NCBI GenBank assembly: GCA_964016885.1
Contig: OZ024740.1
Coordinates: 131,068,001 to 131,132,000, forward strand
DNA length: 64,000 nt
Source: Eledone cirrhosa
Taxonomy: Eukaryota
Reading direction: 5' to 3'
The position numbers were made by a program, and so were the translations under genes. How positions within the stretch are numbered: position 1 is the first letter of the stretch; each line of letters starts with the position of its first letter. Shown in pieces: positions 1 through 13,131 of this stretch. Below the pieces are notes generated by a model. That model saw only the letters and a list, made by a program, of their open reading frames with translations, was not told where the DNA came from and made no database searches.

Positions 1-14
1 CAAAACCATGACCA

Positions 15-2657
15 AGAAACACCAGGATGGCGGCCGGCAGGGAATAGCCGTGTCTCTAAGGGAGGACTACCCCTCTAGTCTTGGTTGACACTCATCCTAG
101 GAGTGGTAACACGAAATGATTACCCCGTGGCTGTTAACGATAAAACGCAACAAAATAAATCCAATGTCAAATGATAAAATCTCATATCGGATCGGCCGTC
201 ACCCGGGTCAAATAGGACCGCGTCCGTCAGAGAGGAACCAGTCTGCGGTCGAAAAATCAGCTAATGGTTCAAACATTCCCATCAATTCGGAGCTGGAAAC
301 CTTCCATAACCGAAATACTCATATTGTTGGGCCTCTATGCTCACCACCAAGTAATCCAAAGAAAAAGAGAGAAAAATGGTCAAGGGAAGACAATAAAGGA
401 GTCTTGAGCTTTCTACACTGCCATGTACTACCCATCAAATCGATCGAATTACAGAACAGACGTATATCAACTGTAATAAGAAATATGTATAAAATAGAGA
501 CTATATTGACAGTAACATACAAACTAAGATACGGAGAAATAATGTTAAGAAAAAGGTACTAACTGATATAGAAATTGATCAGATCAAGCAATTAGCACAA
601 AGTCAGCGAAGGGAGTATGAAACATGTGTCAGTGACAACGAGGTAAATGTTTACACTCAGATCCCAGCGTTGGGGCGGAATCACTGACGAGAGAAAAAAT
701 TAAAGAGAGGATCGAAACATTGGTAGGAGTGCATGCTCAAGATGAATCACAAAATGAAAACAATGATATCGTAAATGATAACGAAATGAATGAGATGGAA
801 TTCGCCAACTTGTAAAATGAAATTATGATCGAATGGATGCAAATGGAAGAATCTGACATGGGTGAACGTGACACTCTCTCTAAGATCCAGAACGCCAAAC
901 AGAACCAAAGGATAATACACAAGACTAACATACCTCTCAAAAACATTATCATCATAAACAAACTAAACATTACTGATCGAAATCATATCTATTATGCATC
1001 TGATAAAGTCACCACTCACTTATGTGGAGTGAAAATGAAAAATCAAAGGAAAAATCAAAGGAATTCCCACAAGGAATTCCCACAAGAAATCGACACATTT
1101 TGCTTGATTGTTCCTATAAGCATGTCTGTTTCACTTGTTGTTTTATACTGTATTTTATTCTTAATTTTCTAAGTTTAGTTTGTTTAACAAACTACAAAGT
1201 AGGTGAACATGTTAAACAAACTAAACTTAGAAAATTAAGAATAGAATACAGTATAAAACAACAAGTGACACAGACATGCTTATAGGAACAATCAAGCAAA
1301 ATGTGTCGGCCAAAGCTGCTTTTATAAGGCGCTTTAAAAAACGATCTAGATTCTATTAGGACAATAATATGTTCAAAAACAACCAAAGAAACTTCAACAG
1401 AAAAATTGGTATGTCAACAATAACTGCTAAATCAATACCACCCAAGGAGGAAGTGCAAAAATTCTGGGAAAGGTTCTGGGCCGAAGAAATACTTCATAAT
1501 ATACATGCCCCATGGATAGACAGACAAATGAAGGATACAGCTCACCTTGATGAACAAACACGGAAACATATAAAAATATAACGGTTGAACATCTGCGTTT
1601 AACACTTAGAAAATCTAGCAAATGGAAATCCCCAGGGAAAGGAAAAACCCCAAATTTTAGGATAAGCACCTTCACAGAGTCTCATGAGCTGTTGCCCAAC
1701 TTTACAATGAAAGAGTTAAGGAGCCAGAAAAGATACCATCATGGCTAGTTAACGGCATTACATGCCTACTTCCGAAGAAAGATGAGACTAATAATCCACA
1801 AAATTACAGACCGATAACTTGCTTGACCACAATGTATAACATTTTAAAATTAGTCCTAACTGAATATACATATGAACACCTGATAACAAATGATATATTT
1901 CCCAATGAGCAGAAAGGGTGTAAACGAGGCTCATATGGATGTAAAGATCAGCTTTTGGTTAACAAAATGATACTGGTAGATTGTGATAATACACAAAAAA
2001 ATCTATCAATTGCTTGGATAGATTACAAAAAAGAATTCGATAGGTTGCTACACAGTTGCATTGAAAAGTGTTTAGAGATTTTCAAAATATCTTCCGTTGT
2101 CAGGAGGTTTTTTTCATTCAGTATGAAGACATGGAAAACGAAACTCCTTTTGAATAGTGAACAAAATCACTGGAAGCTGGAGAAGTTAATATTAATTGTA
2201 GAATCTTTCAGAGTGACTCTTTATCATACATTGTATTCCTCATCGCACTTATACTATTAAGTAAAATGTTCAATGAAACAAAACATAGATATAGAGTCTA
2301 TGATAAACCATTAATCACTTGTTATACATGGATGACCTGAAACTATTTGCAAAATATGATGAAGAATTGCAAGGGATATTATCCACTGTGGAGCAGTTCA
2401 GTGATGACATTAAAATGGAGTTTGGACTAGATAAATGCGCCAAAGCCATGTTCATCAGAGCAAAGCTGCTGAAAAGTTCAGACATTAATCTTGATCGTGG
2501 GAATGTGATATGAGACCTGATCAGTAGGAAACATACAATTATCTAGGTGTTTCTGAAGGAGACGGAATCAAGCACTCGACAATGAGGGACAGGATAACGA
2601 AGGAATGTTTTCGCAGAGTAAGAGCAATCTTAAGAGCGGAATTAAATGCAAGGAATA
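15..2657 (+). mobile_element. R4/Dong-like RLE non-LTR retrotransposon, family A, copy 1 (degenerate; 3' end deleted)
   Basis: ORF fragments with RT motifs (EQKGCKRGSYGCKDQLL, IAWIDYKK, LYMDDLKLFAK, MEFGLDKCAK); collinear with 8961-12857; fused directly to Tx1 sequence at ~2658. Confidence 0.9.
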
Positions 2658-5600
2658 GGACTCAGCTGATAGCCAGATCCGTCCTACACAGGACAGCAGG
2701 TGTTCGACATAAACCGAGTGCGTGCTGGACAGTTTTCGTCGCCATGCGCGCATCTCGGACATGCCCGCTGACGGCACCTCCATGCCTGTAGAGTTTATCT
2801 CGAAATGGCAAAGATCCTCGGTAGCACTGCCAGGCCAGGGATTTCTGAAAGTTGTCCATAGGCCCCGGGCCGAAAGTTCTTTCGAAGAGATTGGCTAGTT
2901 GATTTTCATCGACGCCTAGAGTTTCCCCAATTACGTCGTCGCTCTTCCCCTCAACTAATCCTCTATAGAAAGCCAAAGTGGAGTTTCCACCGATCACATT
3001 GCCCGATTTGTCGAGGGCTCTGCGCGCCTGAAGACATTCCAGTCTCTAAGGCACCCTCTCGGTCTTCGCTTGTCCCAGGACTGCAGCTCCGTCAAGGAGA
3101 CGAGCTGTGGAAACACGCGTCTAGTAAACGGCGATAACATCTGATCACCATCGAGGAAGAGGTGGAGATGTCGTAGGCTAAGCGCGTGTCTGCGCATCAT
3201 CAGCCAAGGCATGCCAGCCCTCCACGTAGCGGGTGTTGAAAGCAGATAGATCGCCTGACCATCGCAGCGCGTCCATTCCACAAAAAGCGAAAGAGCAAAC
3301 TTCCAGCGCAGTCAGGCGGGGCTTAGGACAAGGTACGACGGTCAGGAGGTAGTAGATGATGAACACGATGTACGCGTTAGCTACCTCCCGTTCTGTTTCC
3401 AGTTGCAGTAAACGTCCGCCAAGAGGCCTCCAAACAAGTCTGGCATCTGTACGGAAGTTCATAGGACAGACTACTAAACCAGGCGTTTTACCCTTTGTGC
3501 TGCCAGACATTGCCTCCCATATTTCAGCGGCTGTTATCGGCTTTTCGCAACACTCCGTCCTCAGTGGCCGAGAGCCGCGTCAGTCCGTCGAAGTAGACAC
3601 TTAAGTCCATCCCATAATCTGGCCCGCCGCTACCCCTGAACAGCTGAGCGAAGTGTCGCTGAAAAGCTTCACACATTTTCCCGGGATCGAGTAGCGTGCG
3701 CCCGTCGTGGTCCACCAAATACCTGATCCTGACTTTGTTGCCACGACGCGCCTCCGCCACTCGGGCCCATTGAACGGCTTTCGTCCCCTCGTGTCTGAGA
3801 GTACGCACCCTAGCTCTGACAACGCAGCCTTCGTGCTTTGCATTGAAGAATTGGTCAAGGGCCAATTTCTCCGCAATTACGTCTGTCGCGATGCCTTTGC
3901 TAAGCGCCTTGTCTAATTGTCTAACTAGTTATCACTCTGCTCTATTTTTCTCTTTTGCTAAAGCCTTACCCTAATGATCTCTATACTAATCGCTCTGTTC
4001 ATAGCAAACCACCACTTTTTGTTGGAGATGTCCCCCGTCAACGCCGCTTAAATAATTCGCTAATCCGGTCTCTGTAAGCTTTGCGCGCTGGTAAGGAGGC
4101 GTTTAGCTTCCAGTAGCCGGGGCCTCGTATATGAAGCCTATCTAAATCAAGCACACATATCACGAATGTGTGGTCCGTGTAGTTGACTATCTTGAATTGT
4201 GGACAGCCTATGCTAGACCTATCTATTTCCCTACAAAATACTCTATCTAGATATGATCTTGATGACCCTATGTGGTTTGTCCAAGCCCAAATTGGCTCAT
4301 TCGGGAAATCCAATCGGCACCTGTCAGACAGTTCAAAACGCCTGGCAGGTTGGTGAGGCCCTTGCACCCTCCTTCCCTATCCGCTAATCCCACACAGTCC
4401 TAGCTTCATCTAAGATCCCGTTCCATTCGTCGACTAACACAAAAGAGCGGAACGTTCCAAGAAAGGTCTCCAGACGCCGGAAGAAATCAGGTCGCCCTGC
4501 TCCTGTCGGGGCATTGACGGTGAATAGCCTTAGAGCTTGCCCGTCTCCGCTGGTCACGTCATGTACCACCAACTTACCTTCTGGGTCCAGGAAGATGGCC
4601 CGTATGGCGAGATCCAAACCTCTCCGAAAAAGCACAGCAACCCCTCACACGATCCAGGACGGCTGGGAGATGCGTACACATCGTAGCCGCCGAAGATCGG
4701 TGCGATGGCCCGTGTTTCGGAGATTCTGGTCTCGCTGATGGCCACTACATCTATGTTTAGTGACCTGAGGTCGTTGAGCAGGTGGCCCTGCTTTCATGAC
4801 GACCCCAAGCGACGCGCATTTATGCTGCCTAATCTGAGTGAGGTCATGTTGAAATGGAGTGGAAAAGATTTGAAAGACCACTTACCTCGCTTCTCGTAGA
4901 AGAGGGATGGTTTATGCATCCTTTTCTCTGCATTGTGGCCTCCTCCGGAAGAATGTCCTTTTAAATCCTCCTGGAGAGTGCTTGTCGGATGTCTCCGATG
5001 TCTTTGGGGAATTTTTGTTTGTGTCGTGTACGTTTTCTGTGTGATGCGAGTGATTTGTATGTGTGGGGGTGGTGTGAATCTTTGGGGTGTTGGGTAGTCT
5101 TTTTCTGTGATGCTGGTGTTGTGTTGGATGTAGTGTAATAATTGGTTGTTGTTCAAATTTAATGCTGTGTAGTGTGGATCGTTTTGGTTGATTTTTTTTG
5201 TTTGCGTTTGTTGTGGGTTTGTTTCTCTTTCGCTTTTTGGTGACGTTTGTGGTGTTGGTGGTGCTGGGGTTAATGATGATGATGGTTTGTGGTGATGGGA
5301 TTGGTGATGCTGGTGTGGATGGTGGAATAGATGTCCTAACTTTTTTGTTTGAATTTTTATTTGTTTCCCTCTGTATTTTATTTTTGGAGGGGAAGGAAGA
5401 GGATTTTTCTTTTTTGGTTTCTTTTACTTTTTTTCTTTTTTCCTGATGCCGTTTCCCTCTCCTCGTCCTCACAATATGTCTCCAGTTACGATAGGTCGGG
5501 GAGTGGAAAATCCTCCAGAAGCGTTGGTTTTGGTTGTGGCATGGTGGATGGTGTAGGCGCTGGTGCTAGTTCTGGCCCGTTGGGTGCTGGTGATGTTGGT

Positions 5601-6968
5601 TTCGCTATTGTTGCTGGGGTTGTTGCTGCTACAGTCGTTGCTACAATTTCTGCTGCTGGTGGTGTTGATGGTTGAGTCACTGGAGGGGGTAAGAAAGGTG
5701 GCCTCAACCATTTAGCCTGAGGGCAGAAAGCCCTTAGGTGGGTTCCTTCACCACAAACGACACACCTAGGCCTTCTGCCCTCGGCGATTACGGTGAGATG
5801 TATTCCATCAGTGAGGTCTATTACCGCTGGGATCTCCTCATTGCTTTTTTGGTCCGCTTGGATCAGGTGCTCCATCCCAGATCCGGACCAGCTCTCCTGC
5901 TTTTCTTTCGCTATTTCGATTATCTTGGTGTTGGCCTCGATGCCGGCTAGGAGGGCAGCCTTTAGCCAGGGAATTTAAATGGCCGGTGGAACGTGGGTCA
6001 CCCTGATCTTCACGAGTCCTTGGCCACAATAGCTTGGGACGAGTGTGAAGTCGTCATTTCTTAATTGGGCAATAGAGTGTTCTTTGGCCTCCTGTGGTGT
6101 TCCAAAGAACACATCCACGGTTCCATATTTCTGCCCACGTCTGATGTGGGGTTTTTTTGCCCACACATGTCCCAAAGCTTTTTGGATTTGGGACTCGGAT
6201 GTCCTTGCCACTCGGCGCTATTTTATGTTAATCGTCCGATAAGACACGGTGCATAGGCGCCGATGCTTCATTTTATTAGATAGAGCAGAATGGGGAGGTT
6301 GACCCTGTACCCATCTTTCTTTACCATTCACCTGGATAGCTTCGCACTTTTGTGCTGCTCTGGCAAAAGACAGGGTGGTTTTCTTATTCTCATTGTTGTT
6401 GCTGCTGTTGTTGTTATCGTTATTTTTGTTATTGTTACTTTTAGTTTCAGTTGTGGTGGTGGTGTCGTCAGTGGTATTAGGTGTGGAAGAGTCCATTATG
6501 GGTGAATCCATTTCGATGTCACGAGATAATATTTTTTTTCTTTTGTTTCTGTTGTCGCTGTGGTGGTGGTGGTGAGGGTGACTGCTTCATCACTTGCAGT
6601 CATTGGTAATGGCGGGAAATAAATGTCTGCATGAGACAAATTTAAATTATTGCTACTGCTTATATTTTAGTGTTGGCAAACGTAGTAATATTTACAATGG
6701 TCGTGTCGGTGTGAGGTGTTAGTTTGTGAGGAAGGTGTGGCTGTGAGTCGTCCATGATTCTTTAAACAGATTTTTTTTTTTGATAACTATAAAAGTTTAA
6801 ATGTTGGGCTCAAGGCCCCAATCTTTTTGATTGTCCTTTTCCGAAAGCAAATTTTGTGACCTTATAAATAGTTAACAACACAAATTTTCCATAAATGGCA
6901 ATTTTAAACAATCGAAAAGTACAAATCTTTGCCGAGCTCACGATGATACGTTTCCTAGGTATGTCGCC
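2658..6968 (-). mobile_element. Tx1/L1-clade non-LTR retrotransposon, type T1, 5'-complete; RT core and 3' end deleted
   Basis: ORF1 fragments with CVVCGEGTHLRAFC zinc knuckle (5486-5875); APE fragments (INARRL, SYLDRVF, PGYWKLNAS); ~0.9 kb RT deletion at ~3385; 5' end matches the one at 18769. Confidence 0.9.
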
Positions 6969-6976
6969 AATACTAT

Positions 6977-7023
<47 letters not shown>

Positions 7024-7067
7024 ATAATAATAATAATAATAATAATAATAGTACTAATAATAATAAT
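6969..7067 (+). repeat. Compound (TAC)n/(TAA)n microsatellite spacer
   Basis: Direct reading of sequence between two Tx1 copies. Confidence 0.97.
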
Positions 7068-7952
7068 GATTTCTTTATTAACCACAAGGGTTTACATAAA
7101 GTAGACATTAAGGACAGTGCAGGACAATACAGGACGGTACAAATGGGCATTTCTGCGTGTAAAAAAAAAAAACAGAGGATGTAACAAAAAATAACAATGA
7201 AAAATTCCCCAATAGGGGGGGATAGTTCGGAGGGACATTTGTGGAGAAAGCCCAGTAAAAGGCCACAATGACCCTGACCACCAAGGCAAGTGCCCTATCC
7301 CAGTTTTCCACCTTTAATTTACAGATATATACTCAGTGTAGGCCCATTCACTCGGGCCATTCTTGCTTCTCTCACCCATCTTTCAACAAAATGCTGGGAA
7401 GAGAGCACTTCCCTCTCTATTCTGATTTTCCTTTTCAAATGAAATTTGAAAAAGTCAATCAGAGCATCACCGAAGAGGTAAGTGCTGGTCTTCAGCCCTT
7501 TCAAACGTGTCCACCATACTATCTCTTTCGCCATGGCCACCAGACAGATAAAAACTGCCTGCCCTTCCCGGCTAAAGAAGGAGGGCGGGGCAATCCTCAC
7601 GATGGACTCAGATGATAGCCGGATCCGTCCTAAACGCGACAGCAGGTGTTCGACATAAACCCACAAGTCAGCAATTTTCGGACACTGGACGAGTGCGTGC
7701 AGGACGGTTTCGTCGCCCTGCGCGCATCTCGGACATGCCATGCAGACGGCACCTCCATGCCTGTAGAGTTTATCCCGAACTGGCAAGGCTCCTCGGTAGC
7801 ACTGCCACGCCAGAGATTTCTGGAAGTTGTCCATAGGCCCTGGCCCGAAAGTTCTTCCGAAGATATTGGCTAGTTGATTTTCGTCGACGCCTAGAATTTC
7901 CCCAAGTACGTCGTCGCTCTTCCCCTCCACTAATCCTCTATAGAACGCCGAG
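7068..7952 (-). mobile_element. Tx1-like element, 5'-truncated (ORF2 C-terminus + 3'UTR)
   Basis: ORF 7319-7960 with CPRCAQGDETVLHALVQC zinc finger; 3'UTR with AATAAA before (ATT)n. Confidence 0.92.
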
Positions 7953-8889
7953 TTAACCACAAGAGTTTACATAAAGTAGACATTAAGGACAGTACAGTAA
8001 AATTCAGGACGGTACAAATGGGCATCTCTGCGTTTAAAAAAAACAAGAAACAGAGGATGTAATAATAGAACAATGAAAACATTCCCCAATAGGAGGGAGA
8101 CTTCCGAGGGAAATTCGTGGATAAAGCCCATTAAAAAGCCACAGTGACCCTGACCACCAGGGCAAGTGCCCTCTCCCAGTTTTCCACCTTTAATTTAGAG
8201 AGACATACTTAGAGTAGGCCCATTCACTCGGGCCCTTCTTGCCTCTAGCACCCATCTTTCAACAAAATACTGGGAAGAGAGCACTTCCCTTTCTACCCTG
8301 ATTTTCCTTTTCAAATGAAATTTGAAAAAGTTAATCAGGGCATCACCGAATAGGTAAGTTCTCGTCTTCAGCCCTTTCAAACGTGTCCACCATACTATCT
8401 CTTTCGCCATAGCCACCAGACAGATAAAAATTGCCTGCCTTTCCCGGGACAATCCTCACGATGGACTCAGCTGATAGCTGGATCCGTCCCACACGCGACA
8501 GCAGGTGTTCGACATAAACCCACAAGTCACCAATGCTCGGACACTGGACAAGTGCGTGCAGGACGGTTTCGTCGCCCTGCGCGCATCTCGAACATGCCCG
8601 GCTGACGGCACCTCCATGCCTGTAGAGTTTATCCCGAACTGGCAAAACTCCTCGGTAGCACTGCCAGGCCAGGGATTTCTCGAAGTTGCCCATAGGCTCC
8701 GGCCCAAAAGTTCCTCCGAAGAGATTGGCTACTTGATTTTCGTCGACGCTTAGAGTTTCCCCAAGTACGTCGTCGCTCTTCCCCTCCACTAATCCTCTAT
8801 GGAACGCCAAGATGGAGTTTCCACCTATCACATTGCCCGATTGGTCGAGGGTTGTGAGCGCCTGAAGACATTCCAGTCTCCAGGTCCAC
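7953..8889 (-). mobile_element. Tx1-like element, 5'-truncated, abutting the previous copy
   Basis: Second copy of 3'UTR + ORF2 C-terminus (ORFs 8195-8452, 8343-8831); small deletion near 8446. Confidence 0.9.
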
Positions 8890-8950
<61 letters not shown>

Positions 8951-8964
8951 AAGAAGAAGAAGAA
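8890..8964 (+). repeat. Compound (TAA)n(GAA)n microsatellite
   Basis: Direct reading. Confidence 0.97.
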
Positions 8965-11900
8965 ATACCGGGATAGCGGCCGGCGGGGAATAGCCGTGTC
9001 TCTAGGGAAGGACGACACCTCTAGTCTTGGTTGACACTCGTCCTAGAAGTGGTAACACGAAATGTAAAGTAAATGTCTAATGATAAAATCTCATACCGGA
9101 TCGGCCGTCACCCGGGTCAAAAAGGGCCGTGTCCCTCAGAGAGGAACCAGACTGGGGTCTAAAAATCAGCTAATCGTTCAAACCTTCCCATCACTTCGGA
9201 GCTGGAGACGTCCCATAACCGGAATACTCCTACTGTTGGCCCTCCATGCTCACCACCAAGAAATCCAAAGAAAAAGAGAGAAAACGATTCAAGTGAAGAT
9301 AATAAAGAAGTCCTTGAGGCTTTCTACACTGCCATGTACTACCCATCAAATACATCGAATACAGAACAGACATATATCAACTGGAAAAAGAAACATCCCG
9401 AAAACCGAGGCCATATTGACAGTAACAAACTAGCCAATATACGAAGAAATATTGTTAAAAAAAAGTTACCAACTGATATAGAAATTGATCAGATCAAACT
9501 ATTAGCACAAAGTCAGCTAAGGGAAAATGAAACATGTGTCAGTGAAAACGAGGTAAACTGTAACACGTCGAATCCCATGGTTGGGGCGGAATCAGTGACA
9601 ACAGAACGAATTAAAGAAAGGATCGAAAAGGTGGAGGCAGTGTATGCTCAAGATGAAACTGAAAATGAAAACAATGAGATAATACATGATAAAGAAATGA
9701 GTGAGAATGAACTTGCCAACTTGCAATTGAAATTATGATGGAATGGATGAAAATGAAATAATCTGACATGGGGGAACGAGACACCCTCTCTAAGATCCGG
9801 GAACTCCAAACAGAACCAAATGATAATACACAAGACTAACATAATTCTCAAAAACATTATCATCACTAACAAACTAAATATTTCTGATTTAAATCATCAC
9901 TATTATGCATCGTCTAAAGTCACCAGTCACTTATGTGGAGTGAAAATGAAAAAAACAAAGAAATTCCCACAAAAAATCTACTTGGCAAGAGAACATCAAT
10001 CGCCACATAAACCTTCTCCGATTTGAAAGAAATGTTAACAATCTACAAAATAGGTGAACATGTTAAACAAACTAAACTTAGAAAATTTAAAAGAAAATAC
10101 AGTATAAAATCAACAAGTGACATAGACATGCTGACAGAAATAATCAAGCAAAAAGTGTCGGCCAAAGCTGCTCGTATAAGGAGCTTTAAAAAACGATCTA
10201 GATTCTATAAGGACAATAATATGTTCAAAAACAACCAAAGAAACTTCTACATAAAAATTAGCAAGTCAACAATTGGTAAATCAATACCACCCAAGGAGGA
10301 AGTGCAAGAATTCTGGGAAAAGATCTGGGCGGAAGAAAAAGTTCATAATATACATGCCCCATGGATAGACAGACAAATGAAAGATTCAGTTAACCTTGAG
10401 GGACAAAGGTGGGAAAATATAACAGTTGAACAGTTGCGTTTGGCTCTTAGAAAAAACAGCAAATGGAAATCCCCAGGAAAAGACAAAATACCAAATTTGT
10501 GGATAAATGCCTTCACAGAGTCTCGTGAGCTGTTAGACCAGCTTTCCAATGAAATAGTTAAGGAGCCAGAAAAGATACCATCATAGTGAACGGCGTTACA
10601 TTCCTACTTCCGAAGAATAATGAGACAAACAATCCCAAAAATTACGGACCAATAACTTGCTTGACGACAATGTGAAAAATGTTAACATCAGTCCTAACTG
10701 AATATACATATGTCCACCTGATAACAAATGATATATTTCCCAATGAGCAGAAAGGTGTACACGAGGCTCATATAGCTGTAGAAATCAGCTTTTGGTTAAC
10801 AAAATGATACTGGAAGATTGACATAATAGACACAAAAATCTATCAATTGCTTGGATAGATTATAAAAAAGCATTCGATAGTTTGCCACACAGTTGGATTG
10901 AAAAATGTTTAGTGATTTTCAAAATATCTCTCGTTGTCAGGAGGTTCCTGTCATTTAGTATGAAGACGTGGAAAACGACACTCCTTTTGAATAGTGAAAC
11001 AAAATCACTGGAAGCTGAGAAGTTTATATTAACTGTGGAATTTTTCAGAGTGACTCTTTACACCGATTTTATTCTGCATCGCACTTATAACATTAAGTAA
11101 AATGCTCAATGAAACAAAACGTGGATATAAAGTCTATGACAAAACCATTAATCATTTGTTCTACATGGATGACATGAAAATATTTTCTAAAGAATGATGA
11201 ACAATTGCAAGGGCTATTATCCACTGTGAAGCAGTTCAGTGATGACATTAAAATGGAGTTTTGACTAGATAAATGCGCCAAAGCAACGTTCACCAGAGGA
11301 GGGCTGCTGAAAAGTTCAGACATTAATCTTGACGAGGGGAATGTGATCAGAGAACTTGATCAAGAGGAATCTTACAAATATCTAGGTGTTTGTGAAGGAG
11401 ACGGAATCAAGCACTCGACAATGAGGGAAAGGATAAGGAAGAAATTTTACCGCAGAATAAAAGCAATCTTAAAGGGAATTGAATGCAAGGAATATGATTG
11501 TTGCCATAAATACGCTTGTCATACCAGTAGTAACCTACAGTTACAATGTCATCAACTGGTCACACACTAAGATCCGTAGGCTCGATACAAAAATTAGAAG
11601 ATTCTTAACCATGCCCTGAATGCATCACCCTAAGGCAGATACAGGTAGAATATATCTCCCTAGGAAAGAAGAAGGACGTGGGTTATTCCAGTTAGATATT
11701 GCGTTGAAAACTGCAACAATTGGATTATCTACATATCTAAGGGAATCACATGATTGGATGATCAAACTCGTTTTGAAAAATGAAAGCATCAAAAGATCAT
11801 ACTCCATTACAAAAGATGCACAAAGGTACAGTAATGGACTACACATTTCAGAAGTCCCATTTACTCTTGAAATGGAAAACACAGAAAAAGCAATGCAGCT

Positions 11901-12857
11901 AAAAGTAACTGCAAAGAAAGAACTGCTACAGAAACTGGCTAATAAATGGCAAGAAAAGCTTATGTATGGAAAATACCCAGAAAGAGATAACAATCCTGAT
12001 GTTGACAAAACTTTAACCCATCAGTGGTTGGCATCTTCTGGACTGAAATCGGAGACTGAAGGACTGATTATATCAGCACAAGATCAGTGTCTGCCAACAA
12101 CATATTAACAACCCAACATAATACAAAATAGATGCAACACATTATGCCGGGTATGTAAAAAACAACCAGAGACCATTGACCATATAATTTCAATGTGCAG
12201 TCCAATAGCCCCAACCGAATAGCTGAACAGGAATGACAGAGATGTACAAAACATATATTGGATAATGTGTAAGCATGTTGACCTGCCTCATCAAAAGAAT
12301 TGGTGGGAGCATCAAACATCTCCCATTCTTGAAAAAGATCACATCTCAATCTTGTGGTACCTTAGCATCCAAACAGACCTAAAAATAGATGCAAATAGAC
12401 CTGATATAATAATGAAGAACTTTAAAAAGAGGTTATGCCTGTTAATTGATATGTCCGTTCCAATAGACAAGAATGCATCTATAAAAACATTTGAAAAATT
12501 GAGCAAGTATAAGGACCTGGAGAAAGAAATTGGAAAAATGTGGAACTTGAGAACTAAAACAATACGTGTGGTTGTAGCCGCTTTAGGAATGTTACCTAAG
12601 AGGTCTAATGATTACTTATCGCAAATCCCAGGAAACCCGCGTTAGGGGAGAAATACAAAATATAATGCTAATTGGAACTGCCTATATACTAAGGAAGATT
12701 CTGTCAATATAAGTATATCTCACGTCTAAACACCTAAAGTTGCATGTGTGAATATGTATGTTCTTTCTTGAACATGGCAGACGTTGTTGTCTCTTGAGGT
12801 CACTGGTTGTGACTTGGTGATAACTCGTATGAACATAAAGCAAGATAAATGCAACTG
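8961..12857 (+). mobile_element. R4/Dong-like element, family A, copy 2, full-length but degenerate
   Basis: Same 5' leader as copy 1; RT fragments; HPKADTGRIYLPRKEEGRGL; CRVC..ETIDHI..C finger; RLE motif RPDIIMK..LLIDMSVP..K..KY (12265-12645); (TAA)n tail at 12858. Confidence 0.92.
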
Positions 12858-12882
12858 TAATAATAATAATAATAATAATAAT
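12858..12882 (+). repeat. (TAA)n at tail-to-tail Dong/Tx1 junction
   Basis: Direct reading. Confidence 0.97.
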
Positions 12883-13131
12883 GATTTATTTATTAACCAC
12901 AAGGATTTACATAAAGTAGACATTAAGGACAGTGCAGGACAATACAGGACGGTACAAATGGGCATTTCTGCGTGTAAAAAACAAAAACAGAAGATGTTAC
13001 AAAAAATAACAATGAAAAATTCCCCAATAGGGGGAGACTTCAGAGGGACATTTGTGGAGAAAGCCCAGTAAAAGGCCACAATGACCATGACCACCAAGAC
13101 AAGTACCCTCTCCCAGTTTTCCATCTTTTAT

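Noticed and set aside
40-120. Hammerhead ribozyme suggested by a stem followed by GAAA
   Set aside because: No CUGANGA core in the required position; kept only as a generic structured-leader candidate
6810-7150. ORFs with poly-Leu/Ile/Val/Ser (also 8797-9018, 24069-24476, 29041-29577, 45999-46445) resembling membrane proteins
   Set aside because: Translations of trinucleotide microsatellites or of the antisense strand of Asn/Ser-rich ORF1
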